Assembly (NCBI RefSeq): GCF_009914755.1
Contig: NC_060925.1
Length of the DNA stretch: 64,000 bases
DNA from: the human T2T-CHM13v2.0 reference genome, Homo sapiens
Reading direction: 5' to 3' (one strand)
Shown: positions 41,441 through 58,912 of the stretch, one piece after another
Layout of the letters: the number at the start of each line of letters is the position of its first letter
Numbering within the stretch: the first letter of the stretch is position 1
Notes under the pieces: model-generated
What the model saw: the letters and a program-made list of their open reading frames with translations, nothing else
Databases searched by the model: none
Told to the model about the DNA's origin: nothing
Made by a program: the position numbers and the translations under genes

Positions 41441-44400
41441 GACCCCTGAAGCCCAATTTACCTAGGTTTAAATCCTGGCTTACTGATTACTTTCCATGTG
41501 ACCTTGAACACATACTTTAATCATTTTGGACCTGTTTCTTTACCCATATAAAATGGGTATGATGGTATTGTACCTAGTTGACTCTAGAGCTCCCAATTTA
41601 ACATCTTTAAAATCTTTGGAGTCTTAAAATTGCTGTTGGCCAGTCCACAGTCATGACGTAGTTGACATTGCTTGGGCCTATGTGAAGAACTGGTGGCTAT
41701 TTCTGGTGGCACAACTGGACAACTCCAACTCTTCAAAATTTCAGTCCACAAACCTTGTCCTGATGGCTGACCTAAACCCTTCTATTAATACCATCTGACT
41801 AAGGAAACACCAGCATCAGGACTTGCTAAATGGATGGCAATAACTTAGAATAAAATCTCAAGAGACAGTGGTGGAACACTTCATTGAGAACTGAAGCACC
41901 AGATAACATCAGCAAGATGGCAGAATGGAGGTCCCTGGCTCTAGTCTCCCATGCCAAAATCCTGATTAGTAACTATTCAGACAAGATTGCCTTTGTGAAA
42001 ATCCCAGAACCTGAGGGTGAAGATGAAGCACCTTCCTGGAGCATAAAAATCAAGAAAACAGAGCATTAGAAGAATAAGAGGAGTAATTTTACTTTCACAA
42101 CACTGCCCCTCTCCCAGGCTGGCACATCACCACAGAGAGGGAACCCGTATGCCTACAGTTTCTCTGGTGTGAAAAAAATCCAAAGGCTGACATTCAGCTT
42201 TCCCAGCATTCCAGGGTGCTTCCCATGAGGTGAGAAGGAAGTGGGCCCTGCTTAACCAGGGAGCCTAGCCAGCAACCTTGCCCCACCAGGAACACATCCA
42301 ATCATCGTGCCTAGGTAGGTGGGGAACCCAGCTGGTGACCATGCCCAACTGCAAGGCACAGCATGTGGCCCCACCTAATTATGGAACCCAGCCTGTGTTC
42401 CTACCCAACTGTGAAGCATAGCCCACAGCCCCACTCAATCATAAGAGCCCAGCTAGCAGCACCACCTGTCCAGGGAGCACAGCCTGTAATCCCACACAAG
42501 AACAGGCAATTGTGGAACCCAGTCAGCAGCCCTACCTGGCCTCAAAGCATGGGCAGTGGCCTTGGCTGACTAGACACTGCAGCAGTAAGTGCCATTTTAC
42601 CTGCAGATGCTACCAGCTGGCCCATCCAAAACCCCAAGCTGGGGTGACTGGTGTAGGTCTTTCTCTGAAGAAGCAAACCTATGAAGGCTGGATGAGGTGA
42701 CCACTACATCTGACACACAGACTTCAATAAAAAGATACAAGGATCATGAAGGATGAAGGAAACATGATACTACCAAAGGAAACTAATAAAGCTCTAACAA
42801 CTGACTCTAAAAAAATGGAGATCTACAAACTGACAAAGAACTAAGAATAATCCTCTTAAAGTTCAGTGAACTATAAGAAAACACAGATAAACTACTAAAT
42901 AAAAGTAGGAAAGCAACACAAGAACAAAATTCAATAAAGAAATATAAATAATAATTTTAAAAAACCTAACAGAAATCCTAGAGGTGAAGAATACAATGAC
43001 TGAACTGAGAAATTCAATAGAGAGCTTCACTAGTAGACCAGATCAAGTAGAAGAATCAGTTAACCTGAAAACAGGTTATTTGAAACTATCCAGTCACAGG
43101 AGAAAAAAGAAAAAAAGAATGAAAAAGAGAGAAGAAAGGATAAGGGACTTAATCAAACACCATCAAGCAAAACAATGTATGCATTACAGAGGTTCCAGAA
43201 GAAGAAGAGAGAATGGAACAGAAAGTCTATTTAAAGAAATAATGACTGAAAACTCCCCAAATTTTGGGAGAGAATTGAACTTCCAGATTCATGAATCTCA
43301 AAAGTCCCCAAATAGGTTGAACCTCAAAAGGCCTACTTAGAGACACATAATTGCCAAAAGCCAAACACAAAGCATTTTCAAAACTGCAAAGTAACTCATC
43401 ACATACAAGAAAGCCCTCATAAGACTATAAACAGATTTCTCAGCACAAACGTGGCAGGTCAAAAGAGAGTGGGATACATTCAAAATAATAAAAAAACAAC
43501 CACCAACCAAGAATACTTAGCAAAGCTGTACCTCAGAAATGAAGAAGAAAGATTTTCCCACACAAACAAAAGCTGAGGGAGTTGGTTAGCACTAGACCTG
43601 CCTTACATGAAATGCCAAAGAAAGTTCTTCAAGCTGAAATGAAAGGATGGACACTAATTAGCAATGTAAAAACATGAATCTATAAAACTCACCAGTAAAG
43701 GTAATATATAGTCAAATTTAGAATTCTCTAATATTGGTAAATTTGATGTGACATGTAAATCACTTTCATCTCAGTATAAAGTTAAAAGATAAACATATTA
43801 AAACAACTGTAACTATAATAATTTGTTAACAGATATACAATATTTTTAAAATGTAAATTGTAACACCAGTAACCTAAAATGTGGAAGGGGGGATGGTGAG
43901 TATAAGTACAGATTCTTTTGGTATGCAATTGAAGTTATTATAGGCTTATAATAGTTTGTTATAACCATAAGATGTTTTATGTAAACTTCATGGTAATCAC
44001 AAAGAAAAAATTGTGTAGTAGATGCCAAAAAGACTAAAAGAAAGGAATCAAAGCATACCACCACAAAAATCATCAAGTCACAAAGACAGCAAGAGAGAAA
44101 GCAATGAACAAAGGAGTTACACAACAGTAAGAAAACAATTAAAATGGCAATATTAAGTCCTTACCTATCAATAATTACTTTAAACATACATGGGTTAAAT
44201 TCTCCAATCAAAAGACAGAATGGTTGAATGATAAGAAAACAAGATGCAACCACATGCTGCTTACAAGAGACTCACTTTAGCTTTAAAGAAACACATAGGC
44301 CAAAAGTGAAGGGATGGAAAGACATTTCTTGGAAATGGTAACCAAAGAGAGTAGGGATGGTTATTACTTGTATCAGACAAAATAGGCTTTAGCTCAAAAA

Positions 44401-44470
44401 TTATCAAGAGAAAAATGAAGGTCATTATATAGTGATTAAAGGGGTTGACAGGAAGAAAATAGAACAATTT

Positions 44471-45073
<603 letters not shown>

Positions 45074-47713
45074 AGAAAATATAACAATTTTAAACACAGG
45101 ACATCAGAAAACCTAAATATATAAAGCAAATATTAACAGAATGAAGAGAAATAAAGAGCAATAGAATAATAGGGTACTTTAGCAGCCCACCCTGCCTCAA
45201 TAACAGAGAGATCATCCAGATAATCAATAAGAAAACAGCAGACTTGGACAACATTATAGACCAAAAGGACCTGTATAACAGACATACAGAACATTCCATC
45301 TAACGGCAGTAAAATACACATTCTTCTTAAGTGCATATGAAACATTCTCCAGAACAGATATGTTAGGCCACAAAAGAAGTCTTAACAAATTCAAAAAGAC
45401 TAGAATCACATCGAATATCTTTTTCAACCATAACAATATAAAAGTAGAAATCAGTAACAGGAGGAAAAATTGGAAAATTCACAAATATGTGAAAATCAAA
45501 CAACACACTCCTGAGGCAAACAATGGATCAAAGAAAAAAATCAAAAGGAAAATATAAAAACTTCACAAAAACAAAAATGGAAATACTACATACCAAAATG
45601 TATGGGATGTGGCAAAATAAGTTCTAAGCAGAAAGTTTATAATGATAAATACCTACATTAAGAATGAGATGAGAACACCTCATGGTTAACAGCATAAAAA
45701 AACAAACAAACCAAAAAAACAAAAACAAAAACAAAAAACTTCCAACAACCTAACTTTAAATCTCGAGGAACTAGAAAAAGAACAAAATAAGCCCAAAGTT
45801 AGCAGATGGAAGGAAATAATAAAGATTACAGCAGTTTAGCAAAAGAGAAAAAAAACCTACAGTTTTTTTAATAAGATAAATGAAATTGACAAACTCTTTA
45901 GCAAGACTAACCAAGGAAAAAAGAGGACTCAAATAAATAAAATCATAAATGAAAGAAGAGATACTACAACTAATACTAAAGAAATACAAAGAATCATAAG
46001 AAAATACTATGATCAATTATACAGCAACAAATTGCATAACTTAGAAGAAATGGATAAATTTCTAGAAACATATAACCTAACAAGACTGAATCATGAAATG
46101 GAAAACAGAAACAGACCAATGCAGGTAAGGAGACTGACCCAGTAATAAAACTTTCCAACAAAGAAAAGCCAAGGACCAGATGACTTCACTGAATTCTACC
46201 AAATAATTAAAGAAGAATTCATACCAATTCTTCTCAAACTCATCCAAAAAATTGAAGAGGAAACACTTCCAAACTTATTTTATGAGAAAAGTATTACCCT
46301 GACAGCAAAGCTAGATAAAAGCACTAAAAGAAAAAATTAAAGGCCAATATCCCTGTTGAACCTAGACACAAAAATTCTTATTTTTGTATCTTATTTTATG
46401 AGAAGAGTATTACCCTGATAGCAAAGCTAGGTAAGAACACTAAAACAAAAAATTCAAAGGCCAATATCCCTGTCGAACTTAGATACAAAAATTCTCAACA
46501 AAATACTAGCAAACTGAATTTAGCAGCACATTGAAAGGATCATATACCATGACTAAGTGCAACTTATCCCTGGGATACAAAGATGGTGCCACATGCAAAT
46601 CAATACATGTGATACACCACATTAACAGAATGAAGGATAAAAATCATATGATCATCTCAACAGATGCAGAAAAAGCATGTGACAGGCTGGAGCCAAGATG
46701 GCCGAATAGGAACAGCTCCGGTCTACAGCTCCCAGCGTGAGCGACGCAGAAGACGGGTGATTTCTGCATTTCCATCTGAGGTACTGGGTTCATCTCACTA
46801 GGGAGTGCCAGACAGTGAGTGCAGGACAGTGGGTGCAGCGCACTGTGCGTGAGCGGAAGCAGGGCGAGGCATTGCCTCACTTGGGAAGCGCAAGGGGTCA
46901 GGGAGTTCCCTTTCCTAGTCAATGAAAGGGGTGACAGATGGCACCTGGAAAATCGGGTCACTCCCACCCTAATACTGCACTTTTCCTACGGGCTTAAAAA
47001 ACGGCACACCAGGAGATTACATCCCACACCTGGCTCGGAGAGTCCTATGCCCACGGAGTCTCACTGATTGCTAGCACAGCAGTCTGAGATCAAACTGCAA
47101 GGCGGCAGTGAGGTTGGGGAGGGGCGCCATTGCCCAGGCTCACTTAGGTAAACAAAGCAGCCGGGAAGCTCCAACTGGGTGGAGCCCACCACAGCTCAAG
47201 GAGGCATGACGGCCTCTGTAGGCTCCACCTCTGGGGGCAGGGCACAGACAAACAAACAGACAGCAGTAACCTCTGCAGACTTAAATGTCCCTGTCTGACA
47301 GCTTTGAAGAGAGCAGTGGTTCTCCCAGCACGCAGCTGGAGATCTGAGAACAGGCAGACTGCCTCCTCAAGTGGGTCCCTGACCCCTGACCACTGAGCAG
47401 CCTAACTGGGAGGCACCCCCCAGTAAAGGCAGACTGACACCTCACACGGCTGGGTACTCCTCTGAGACAAAACTTCCAGAGGAACGATCAGACAGCAGCA
47501 TTGATGGTTCACGAAAATCCACTGTTCTGCAGCCACCGCTGCTAGTACCCAGGCAAACAGGGTCTGGAGTGGACCTCTAGCAAACTCCAGCAGACCTGCA
47601 GCTGAGGGTCCTGTCTGTTAGAAGGAAAACTAACAAACAGAAAGGACATCCACACCAAAAACCCATCTGTACATCACCATCATCAAAGACCAAAAGTAGA
47701 TAAAACCACAAAG

Positions 47714-48728
47714 ATGGGGAAAAAACAGAGCAGAAAAACTGGAAACTCTAAAAAGCAGAGTGCCTCTCCTCCTCCAAAGGAACGCAGCTCCTTACCAGCA
47801 ACGGAACAAAGCTGGACGGAGAATGACTGATGAGTTGAGAGAAGAAGGCTTCAGACGATAAAACTACTCCAAGCTACAGGAGGAAATTCAAACCAAAGGC
47901 AAAGAAGTTGAAAACTTTGAAAAAAATTTAGACGAATGTATAACTAGAATAACCAATACAGAGAGGTGCTTAAAGGAGCTGATGGAGCTGAAAGCCAAGG
48001 CTCGAGAACTACGTGAAGAACGCAGAAGCCTCAGGAGCCCATGCGATCAACTGGAAGAAAGGGTATCAGTGATGGAAGATGAAATGAATGAAATGAAGCG
48101 AGAAGGGAAGTTTAGAGAAAAAAGAATAAAAAGAAACTAATAAAGCCTCCAAGAAATATAGGACTATGCGAAAAGACCAAATCTACATCTGATTGGTGTA
48201 CTTGAAAGTGACGTGGAGAATGGAACCAAGTTGGAAAACACTCTGCAGGATATTATCCAGGAGAACTTCCCCAATCTAGCAAGGCAGGCCAACATTCAGA
48301 TTCAGGAAATACAGAGAACGCCACAAAGATACTCCTTGAGAAGAGCAACTCCAAGACACATAATTGGCAGATTCACCAAAGTTGAAATAAAGGAAAAAAT
48401 GTTAAGGGCAGCCAGAGAGAAAGGTCGGGTTAACCACAAAGGGAAGCCAATCAGACTAACAGCGGATCTCTCGGCAGAAACTCTACAAGCCAGAAGAGAG
48501 TGGGGGCCAATATTCAACATTCTTAAAGAAAAGAATTTTCAACCCAGAATTTCATATCCAGCCAAACTAAGCTTCATAAGTGAAGGAGAAATAAAATACT
48601 TTACAGACAAGCAAATGCTGAGAGATTTTGTCACCACCAGGCCTGCCCTAAAAGAGCTCCTGAAGGACGCACTAAACATGGAAAGGAACAACTGGTACCA
48701 GCCGCTGCAAAATCATGCCAAATTGTAA
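47714..48728 (+). pseudogene. L1 ORF1, disrupted
   Basis: ATGGGGAAAAAACAG start; 1015 nt instead of 1017 (2-nt loss near 47829) plus nonsense changes; only the C-terminal ~171 codons are open. Confidence 0.9.
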
Positions 48729-48791
48729 AGACCATTGAGGCTAGGAAGAAACTGCATCAACTAACGAGCAAAATAACCAGCTAACATCATA

Positions 48792-52619
<3,828 letters not shown>

Positions 52620-53212
52620 ACAATGAGAATACATGGACACAGGAAGGGGAACATCACACTCTGGGGACTGTTGTGGGGTGGGGGGAGGGGGGAGGGATAG
52701 CTTTAGGAGATATACCTAATGCTAAATGACAAGTTAATGGGTGCAGCACACCAGCATGGCACATGTATACATATGTAACTAACCTGCATATTGTGCATAT
52801 GTACCCTATAACTGTAAGTATAATAATAATAAAATAAAAAAAAAGAAAAAGCATGTGACGAAATTCAACATCCTTTCATGATAAAGACTCTCAACAAATT
52901 AGGTATGAAAGGAATGTATCTTAACATAATAAAGGCCATATGTGTTAAGGCTATAGCTAACACCATACTCAACAGTGAAAAGCTGAAATCTTTTTTTGCT
53001 AGGATCAGGAACAAGACAAGGGTCCCCACTCTCACCAGTTCTATTCAACATAGTACTGGAAGGCCTAGCCTTAGCAATCAGTCAAGAAAAATAAAAGGAA
53101 TTCAAATCAGTAAGGAAGAAGCAAAATAGTATGTTTGCAGGTGACATGATATGGAAAACCCAAAAGACTCCACCAAAAACTGTTAGAACTAATACATTCA
53201 ATACAGTTGTAA

Positions 53213-53542
<330 letters not shown>

Positions 53543-54249
53543 AAAAAAAATCAGTTGTGTTTCTACATGCTAACAATAAACTGTTTGAAAAAGAAATATC
53601 AAAAACAATAGAATACTTAGAAATAAATTTAATCAAGGAAGTGAAAAATCTGTTTACTGAAACCTACAAGCCATCGATGCAAGAAGCTGAAGATACAGAT
53701 AAATGGAAAGATGTACCATGTTCATGAATTGAAAGGATTTTGTTAAAATTTCCATACTACCCAAAGTAATCTACAGATCCAATGTAATCCTAATAAAAAT
53801 TCCAATGCCTTTTTTTTTTTTTCACAGAAATAGAAAAAGATGATTCTAAAATCTGATGGAACCACCAAGGAGCTTGAGTGGCCAAAGCAAAAAGAACAAG
53901 CTGAAGGCATCACACCACCCAACTTCAAAATATATTACAAAGCTATAGTAATCAAAACAGCATTGTTCTCCATAAAAAGACACATAGACCAAAGGAACAG
54001 ATTAGATCCCAGAAATAAACCCATGCAACTATCTTTGACAAGGCTACCAAGACATAATGAGGAAAAAATAATCTCTTCAATAAATGATGCTGGGAAAACT
54101 GTATACCCACATGCAGAATGAAATTGGTCCTTGATGTTTTATGTGACTGAAGCAGTTTGAAAAGGAGAGTGAATGAGAGAGTAAGCAAGCTGTAAAATTA
54201 GGTTGGGACCAAGTCAGGGGTTACCAAATATCAGGCTGAGCTTTGGTAC

Positions 54250-54255
54250 TTTATT
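54250..54255 (-). terminator. Candidate distal poly(A) signal of ZNHIT6
   Basis: TTTATT on + = AATAAA on -; last such hexamer before the convergent L1 block. Confidence 0.55.
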
Positions 54256-54899
54256 TGGCAAGAAAATAAAACTGGAAATAGAATTATATAGCAGCTCATC
54301 AAATGCTAAAGGATGCATTTGGTTCTAAAGTTCAAAATGAGTACAGTACATCACACTCCAGTATGGAAAATGTTCATGTTATAGGTCATTTTAATGAACA
54401 CATGCACACACACTTTAGTTTTCAAAGACCAAAGTTTAAAGAAAATACTTTTTAGTCAAGTACAGATCCCCAAAGGTTTATTTAAAGCCAATTTTTATTT
54501 AAGTAGTCTTCATTTTTGAAGCATTTTCCCCTAGTACTCTAATTTCAAAATCAGTATCTCTCAAATGCTGATGCCACTGGGAAAAATTTCCAAATTGGTA
54601 ATGGAAACATATGCTATGTGCATCTGCTCAAACTAGCAACAACATGATGTCAAATAAAAATGGATGGCATTAAAAAAAAAATCCAAAAACCTATAATGGC
54701 AACTCAAAGCAGCAATAATAAGAAGAAGAGATTAAAATCTCTAGTTAAAAACAATCAAGACTTGCAGATTAAATCTGAACTTTACTCCTTCTGTTAGTAC
54801 AAATCAGAAACTTCTTGCTACTCAAATTCAAACAGGGTGCAATGAATGTGTTACTTTCGTATTCCCAGTAACTACCTTTCCTCACCTGCTCCCTACATT

Positions 54900-55342
54900 C
54901 TGGCTTTCTTCTAAAAATTTCCCCCTCCTTTGGGTGAATTCCTCTCTTGATTAGCTCAGGAACGGAATGTGATCCAATCTGGGCAAAATAAAAGTACTTC
55001 TCCAAAATTTTACATAGCTTGCTTTATAAAAGCTTTCAGCCTTGTTATGCTAAGGTAAGCTGAAAATGTCAATTGCTGTTATCCACCATCCTCTCACCTC
55101 ACTGTTCCTCATCCCATACAGAATATCCCCAAAGGGAAAATCTGAAAAGAAAACCAATCCATAAAGAAGAAAATAATCAGAGCCAAGTGTGTAGGATGGC
55201 AAGATGACTGCTTTTGACGTTTGGACCCAGGACCCAGTCATTGCCTGGACTTCCCTGTATATAAGCCAATGAACTGCCCTTCATGCTGACACTATTTTGA
55301 GTTTTTGTCACTTGCATATAAACAACACATTTTAATGCAACA
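54900..55342 (+). mobile_element. MLT1-family LTR relic
   Basis: cctggacttccctgtatataagccaatgaa..ttttgtcacttgca. Confidence 0.5.
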
Positions 55343-55344
55343 GA

Positions 55345-55807
55345 GTACAGCTTAGTCCATTTTGTGTCGCTATAATAGAATATCTAAGACTGGGTAACTT
55401 ATTTTTAAAAAGAGTTTTATTTGGCTCATGATTCTGGTGGCTGGAAGGCTCAAGATTGGGCAGCTGTATCTGGTGAGGGTCTCATGTTGCTTCCACTCTT
55501 GGTACAAAGTGAAAGGGGAGTAGGTATGTGCAAAGAGATCACATGGGAAGGCAGGAGGCAAAAAGGAGAAAATCAAGAAAGCCAGACTCTTTAGTAACCC
55601 TTGCTTGTGAGAACTAATCCATTCCCACGACAGCAAGAATGAGAACTCACTCACCCCAGTAGGAGGGCATTAGTTTATTCATGTGGGATCTATCTGCCCC
55701 CATGACCCAAACACCTTCCATTAGGCTCTGCCTCCCAACACTAGCACATGGGGAATCTAATTTCAACATGAGTTTTGGTAGGAACAAACTATATTCAAAC
55801 CATAACA
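55345..55807 (-). mobile_element. MSTB-type MaLR LTR in the ZNHIT6 3' UTR
   Basis: cttagtccattttgtgtcgctata..ttggctcatgattctgg..tttcaacatgagttttgg..caaaccataaca. Confidence 0.85.
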
Positions 55808-56049
55808 GTATATGATTAAATAAAAATAGACCAGCATCTTTATGTAAAATTTAGTAACATGAAATAAGGTACAACACAAAGTATATGTCAACATAATTAA
55901 ACAAAAATGTATAAAGAAAATTGTTGGCATTATAGTTATGTGATTAACATTTTAATTATATGTCATGAAACCCAAATCCCACTACTTGCTACAGGGAAAC
56001 AAACTGGATCAACTACATTTTGGAATCTTAAATATCTATTTTTAATAAC

Positions 56050-56349
56050 TTTTTTTTTTTTTGAGGCAGAGTCTCATTCTGTCACCCAGGCAGTGCCCAG
56101 GAATGCAGTGGAACAATCTCAGCTCACTGCAAACTCTGCCACCAGGGTTCAAGTGATTCTCGTGCCCCAGCTTCCTGAGTAGCTGGAATTACAGGTGCCT
56201 GCCACCACGCCTGGCTAATTTTTGTATTTTTAGTAGACACAGGGTTTTGCCATGTTGGCCAGGCTAGTCTCAAACACCTGACCTTGTGATCTGCCCGCCT
56301 CAGCCTCCCAAAGTGCTGGGATTACAGCTGTGAGCCACTGTGCCTAGCC
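56050..56349 (-). mobile_element. AluS (sense in ZNHIT6 mRNA)
   Basis: Poly-T plus antisense dimer on +. Confidence 0.92.
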
Positions 56350-56381
56350 AATTCATATTTATAAAAGGAATAGGTACAAGT

Positions 56382-56387
56382 TTTATT
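56382..56387 (-). terminator. Candidate proximal poly(A) signal of ZNHIT6
   Basis: AATAAA on - in AU-rich context, ~33 nt before the Alu at 56349. Confidence 0.4.
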
Positions 56388-58298
56388 TACTATAATTTAT
56401 GACTATTAATCCTATATGTATAATTAGCAATTATGAAAGGCCTATCTTCTCTTTGAAATCACTGTTTAAAAAAATAAAGAAAACCAGGTGGAGCTTTTCT
56501 CCTTTTAAAATGTGATTCATGAACAAAATGCAGGATGCTGAACTTAACATGGGTCAAGGAGTTTGTTTACACACCAGAATTTGACAATAAGCTAACATGG
56601 AGAGGGCCTCCAAAAAGATATTGGGTCTCAATGCTACAAACATCTAGGGTTTTCAGTTAGTTATTCCAATTTCATTCTCTCCAAGCCATTGGTAATTCAC
56701 TAAAACACACGTGTATTGTAAATCTTACGGGAAAAAATATGCATATTAATCAAATGAGTTGATAATTATATTTAGGGGAATTCTAAGAGTTATATTCTTT
56801 CCTAATAGCCTATAATTGAAAAGTCTAATAGAATTCTAGAAAATAAAGATGGCAAAGATGCATTAGATAATATAGATTTCTTTTTTTCCTCCTGAGCAGT
56901 GGAAACTACAGGATAGTTTGTTTTCTGTCCAGGTTTCAATTTAAATTCAGAAGGGGGGATGGAACTCAAGACTTTTCTTGGAAATGAGACTACATCATAA
57001 CAGATTTCACTGTCAAAAAATTCCTATCCACCCTCATATTCAGATCATATTCAGATCGCAAGTTCTTTTTGTATACGTTATCCCACTTCTCCTAATAACA
57101 ACACGTTTCACTCAATTCATCTATTTCTTGCTGGTTTCAAGAAGACACATTTCACTTTTGATTATAAATGAATTCCTTGAAATCTTATTTGTCTCTCCAA
57201 TAATACTGTGAACAACGTAATTCTACACAAATTCTTTATCATATATTAGAAGATTCCTGATGTTGCTTTAGAGATTATAAATATATATGTATGTATGTTT
57301 CTCAAGTTGCAAGGACTCACTTTCTATGAACTTTCTATGAATCACATTCCATTAGTACTTTCATACCAAGGGTCCTTCTGGCATTATTGTTTTTCGATTC
57401 TCTTCTCCAGTTTCTACCCCAAGTTATACTTGTGTCCCACAAATTTATCTTCTGCTCATCTTCTCATTCTCTTTTCATATTTCAGATCTTTTTAAGTCTC
57501 CTTAACTAACGTCTCTGGTTTCTTTTTGGTAAAAAACTTATTCCAACTGTAACTAAAAATCAATTTCATTAATGTCCGGTTTTATCATTGCTTTTTAACC
57601 ATTAAGTACACACATACAATATAGATGTAACAATCTTTTTACTCTCTTACAGTCATATTGCAGTTTCACAGTGGTATAAACTCCAATAAAATTAAGAATT
57701 TTTTTTCAGTACATGAGATCAAACTGTATACAGAGCTGCCATAACGTATAAGTTAAGCCATGTATATACATTAATACATACATATATGTTCCAATAACAT
57801 GTTGAAGATTTCCCAGGTTTTTTTTTCTTTAAGTTATTGCTAGACATATCAAAACACAGTATAAAACTGGTCATCACAACACCCTTCTGCAGTAATGATG
57901 AGAGTGGGCTAGGAATGTGATGAAAGGCACAGAATTCATAAGACTTGAGTAAGTAGATCCAAATTTGTTATCACTAATGGCTCAAACAATGTGGAGCCAC
58001 TGATTTTCTGAAGTGAATATAAGAAACAGTAGTTAATAGTATTTATCCAGGCTTCTAGTATAAGACATTGTACTAGGAGTTTCTCAAGTAGAAAACTTGT
58101 CTCACAAGGGTAAGTTACATAAAAACTCCAAAGAAGAAAGGGCAACTGATAGAAGATTAGTTCTCCTGTGGCTAGACGGTGCGTTGTACAGCCTTTCCGT
58201 TTAGTGAGGTTCTACTAAAGGGAATGCCAACTTTGTGGTTGACATGGGTGATCCTTGGGTTTCGTCACGCATGAAATTAACAAATAAAAAATGTTCAA

Positions 58299-58581
58299 GG
58301 CCAGGTGTGGTGGCTGATGCCTGTAATCCCAATGCTTTGGAGTCTGAGGTGGAAGGATTGCTTGAGGCCACAAATTTGAGACCAGCCTGGGCGAAAGAGC
58401 GCAACCCTGTCTCTACCAAAAAAAAAAAACAACAAAAAACTTAGCTGAGTGTGGTGGTACCAGCCTGTTGGGAGGCTGCAGTGAGAGGACCATTCGAGCC
58501 CAGGAATTTGAGGAAGCTATGCTCATACCACTTGCACTCCAAGACCCCATCTCAAAAAAAGAAAGAAAAAAGAAAAAAAAA
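58299..58581 (+). mobile_element. Diverged AluJ (antisense in ZNHIT6 mRNA)
   Basis: ggaaggattgcttgaggcc..gagcccaggaatttgagg; deletions in the right arm. Confidence 0.85.
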
Positions 58582-58871
58582 GTTTTCAGTTTATGGAATT
58601 AAGCAATTAAGCATATTAAAAAGCCAGGGCCTAATAAGTACTATGCTGATCAAGTGCAAAGGAGAGTTCTTAATATGAATAAATGGGTCTTACAAGTCAA
58701 TTAATTCAAGAGGTTATAAAATACATTTTTTAAAAGAGTTAAGCTTATTTTTCATACAAAGAAAAAATTCCAATCACCCATTGACAATACCCCAATCAGC
58801 CAACAGCCCATCAATGCAGAGTCTGCTGCAGTTGTCTGGAAGTTTTCACTTTCTTCTTCCAGAAAAAATGC

Positions 58872-58912
58872 TCAATTTTCATTGCCAACGTTCTTGGTAG
58901 ATTCACTCTTCA
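58872..58912 (-). CDS. ZNHIT6: ZNHIT6 last coding exon (VKSESTKNVGNEN*)
   Basis: Acceptor TTTTTTTCTAG|TG AAG AGT GAA TCT ACC AAG AAC GTT GGC AAT GAA AAT TGA. It completes the split codon G|TG from the upstream exon and matches the recalled ZNHIT6 C-terminus. Confidence 0.95.

Larger units (their letters stand above)
54230..58871 (-). other. ZNHIT6: ZNHIT6 long 3' UTR (~4.6 kb; distal end approximate)
   Basis: AT-rich sequence after the stop codon with several minus-strand AATAAA hexamers. The most distal one before the L1 block is at 54250-54255. Confidence 0.65.

Noticed and set aside
46531-46967. ORFs spanning the old-L1/L1PA3 junction
   Set aside because: Artefacts of the insertion junction and standard L1 5' UTR frames
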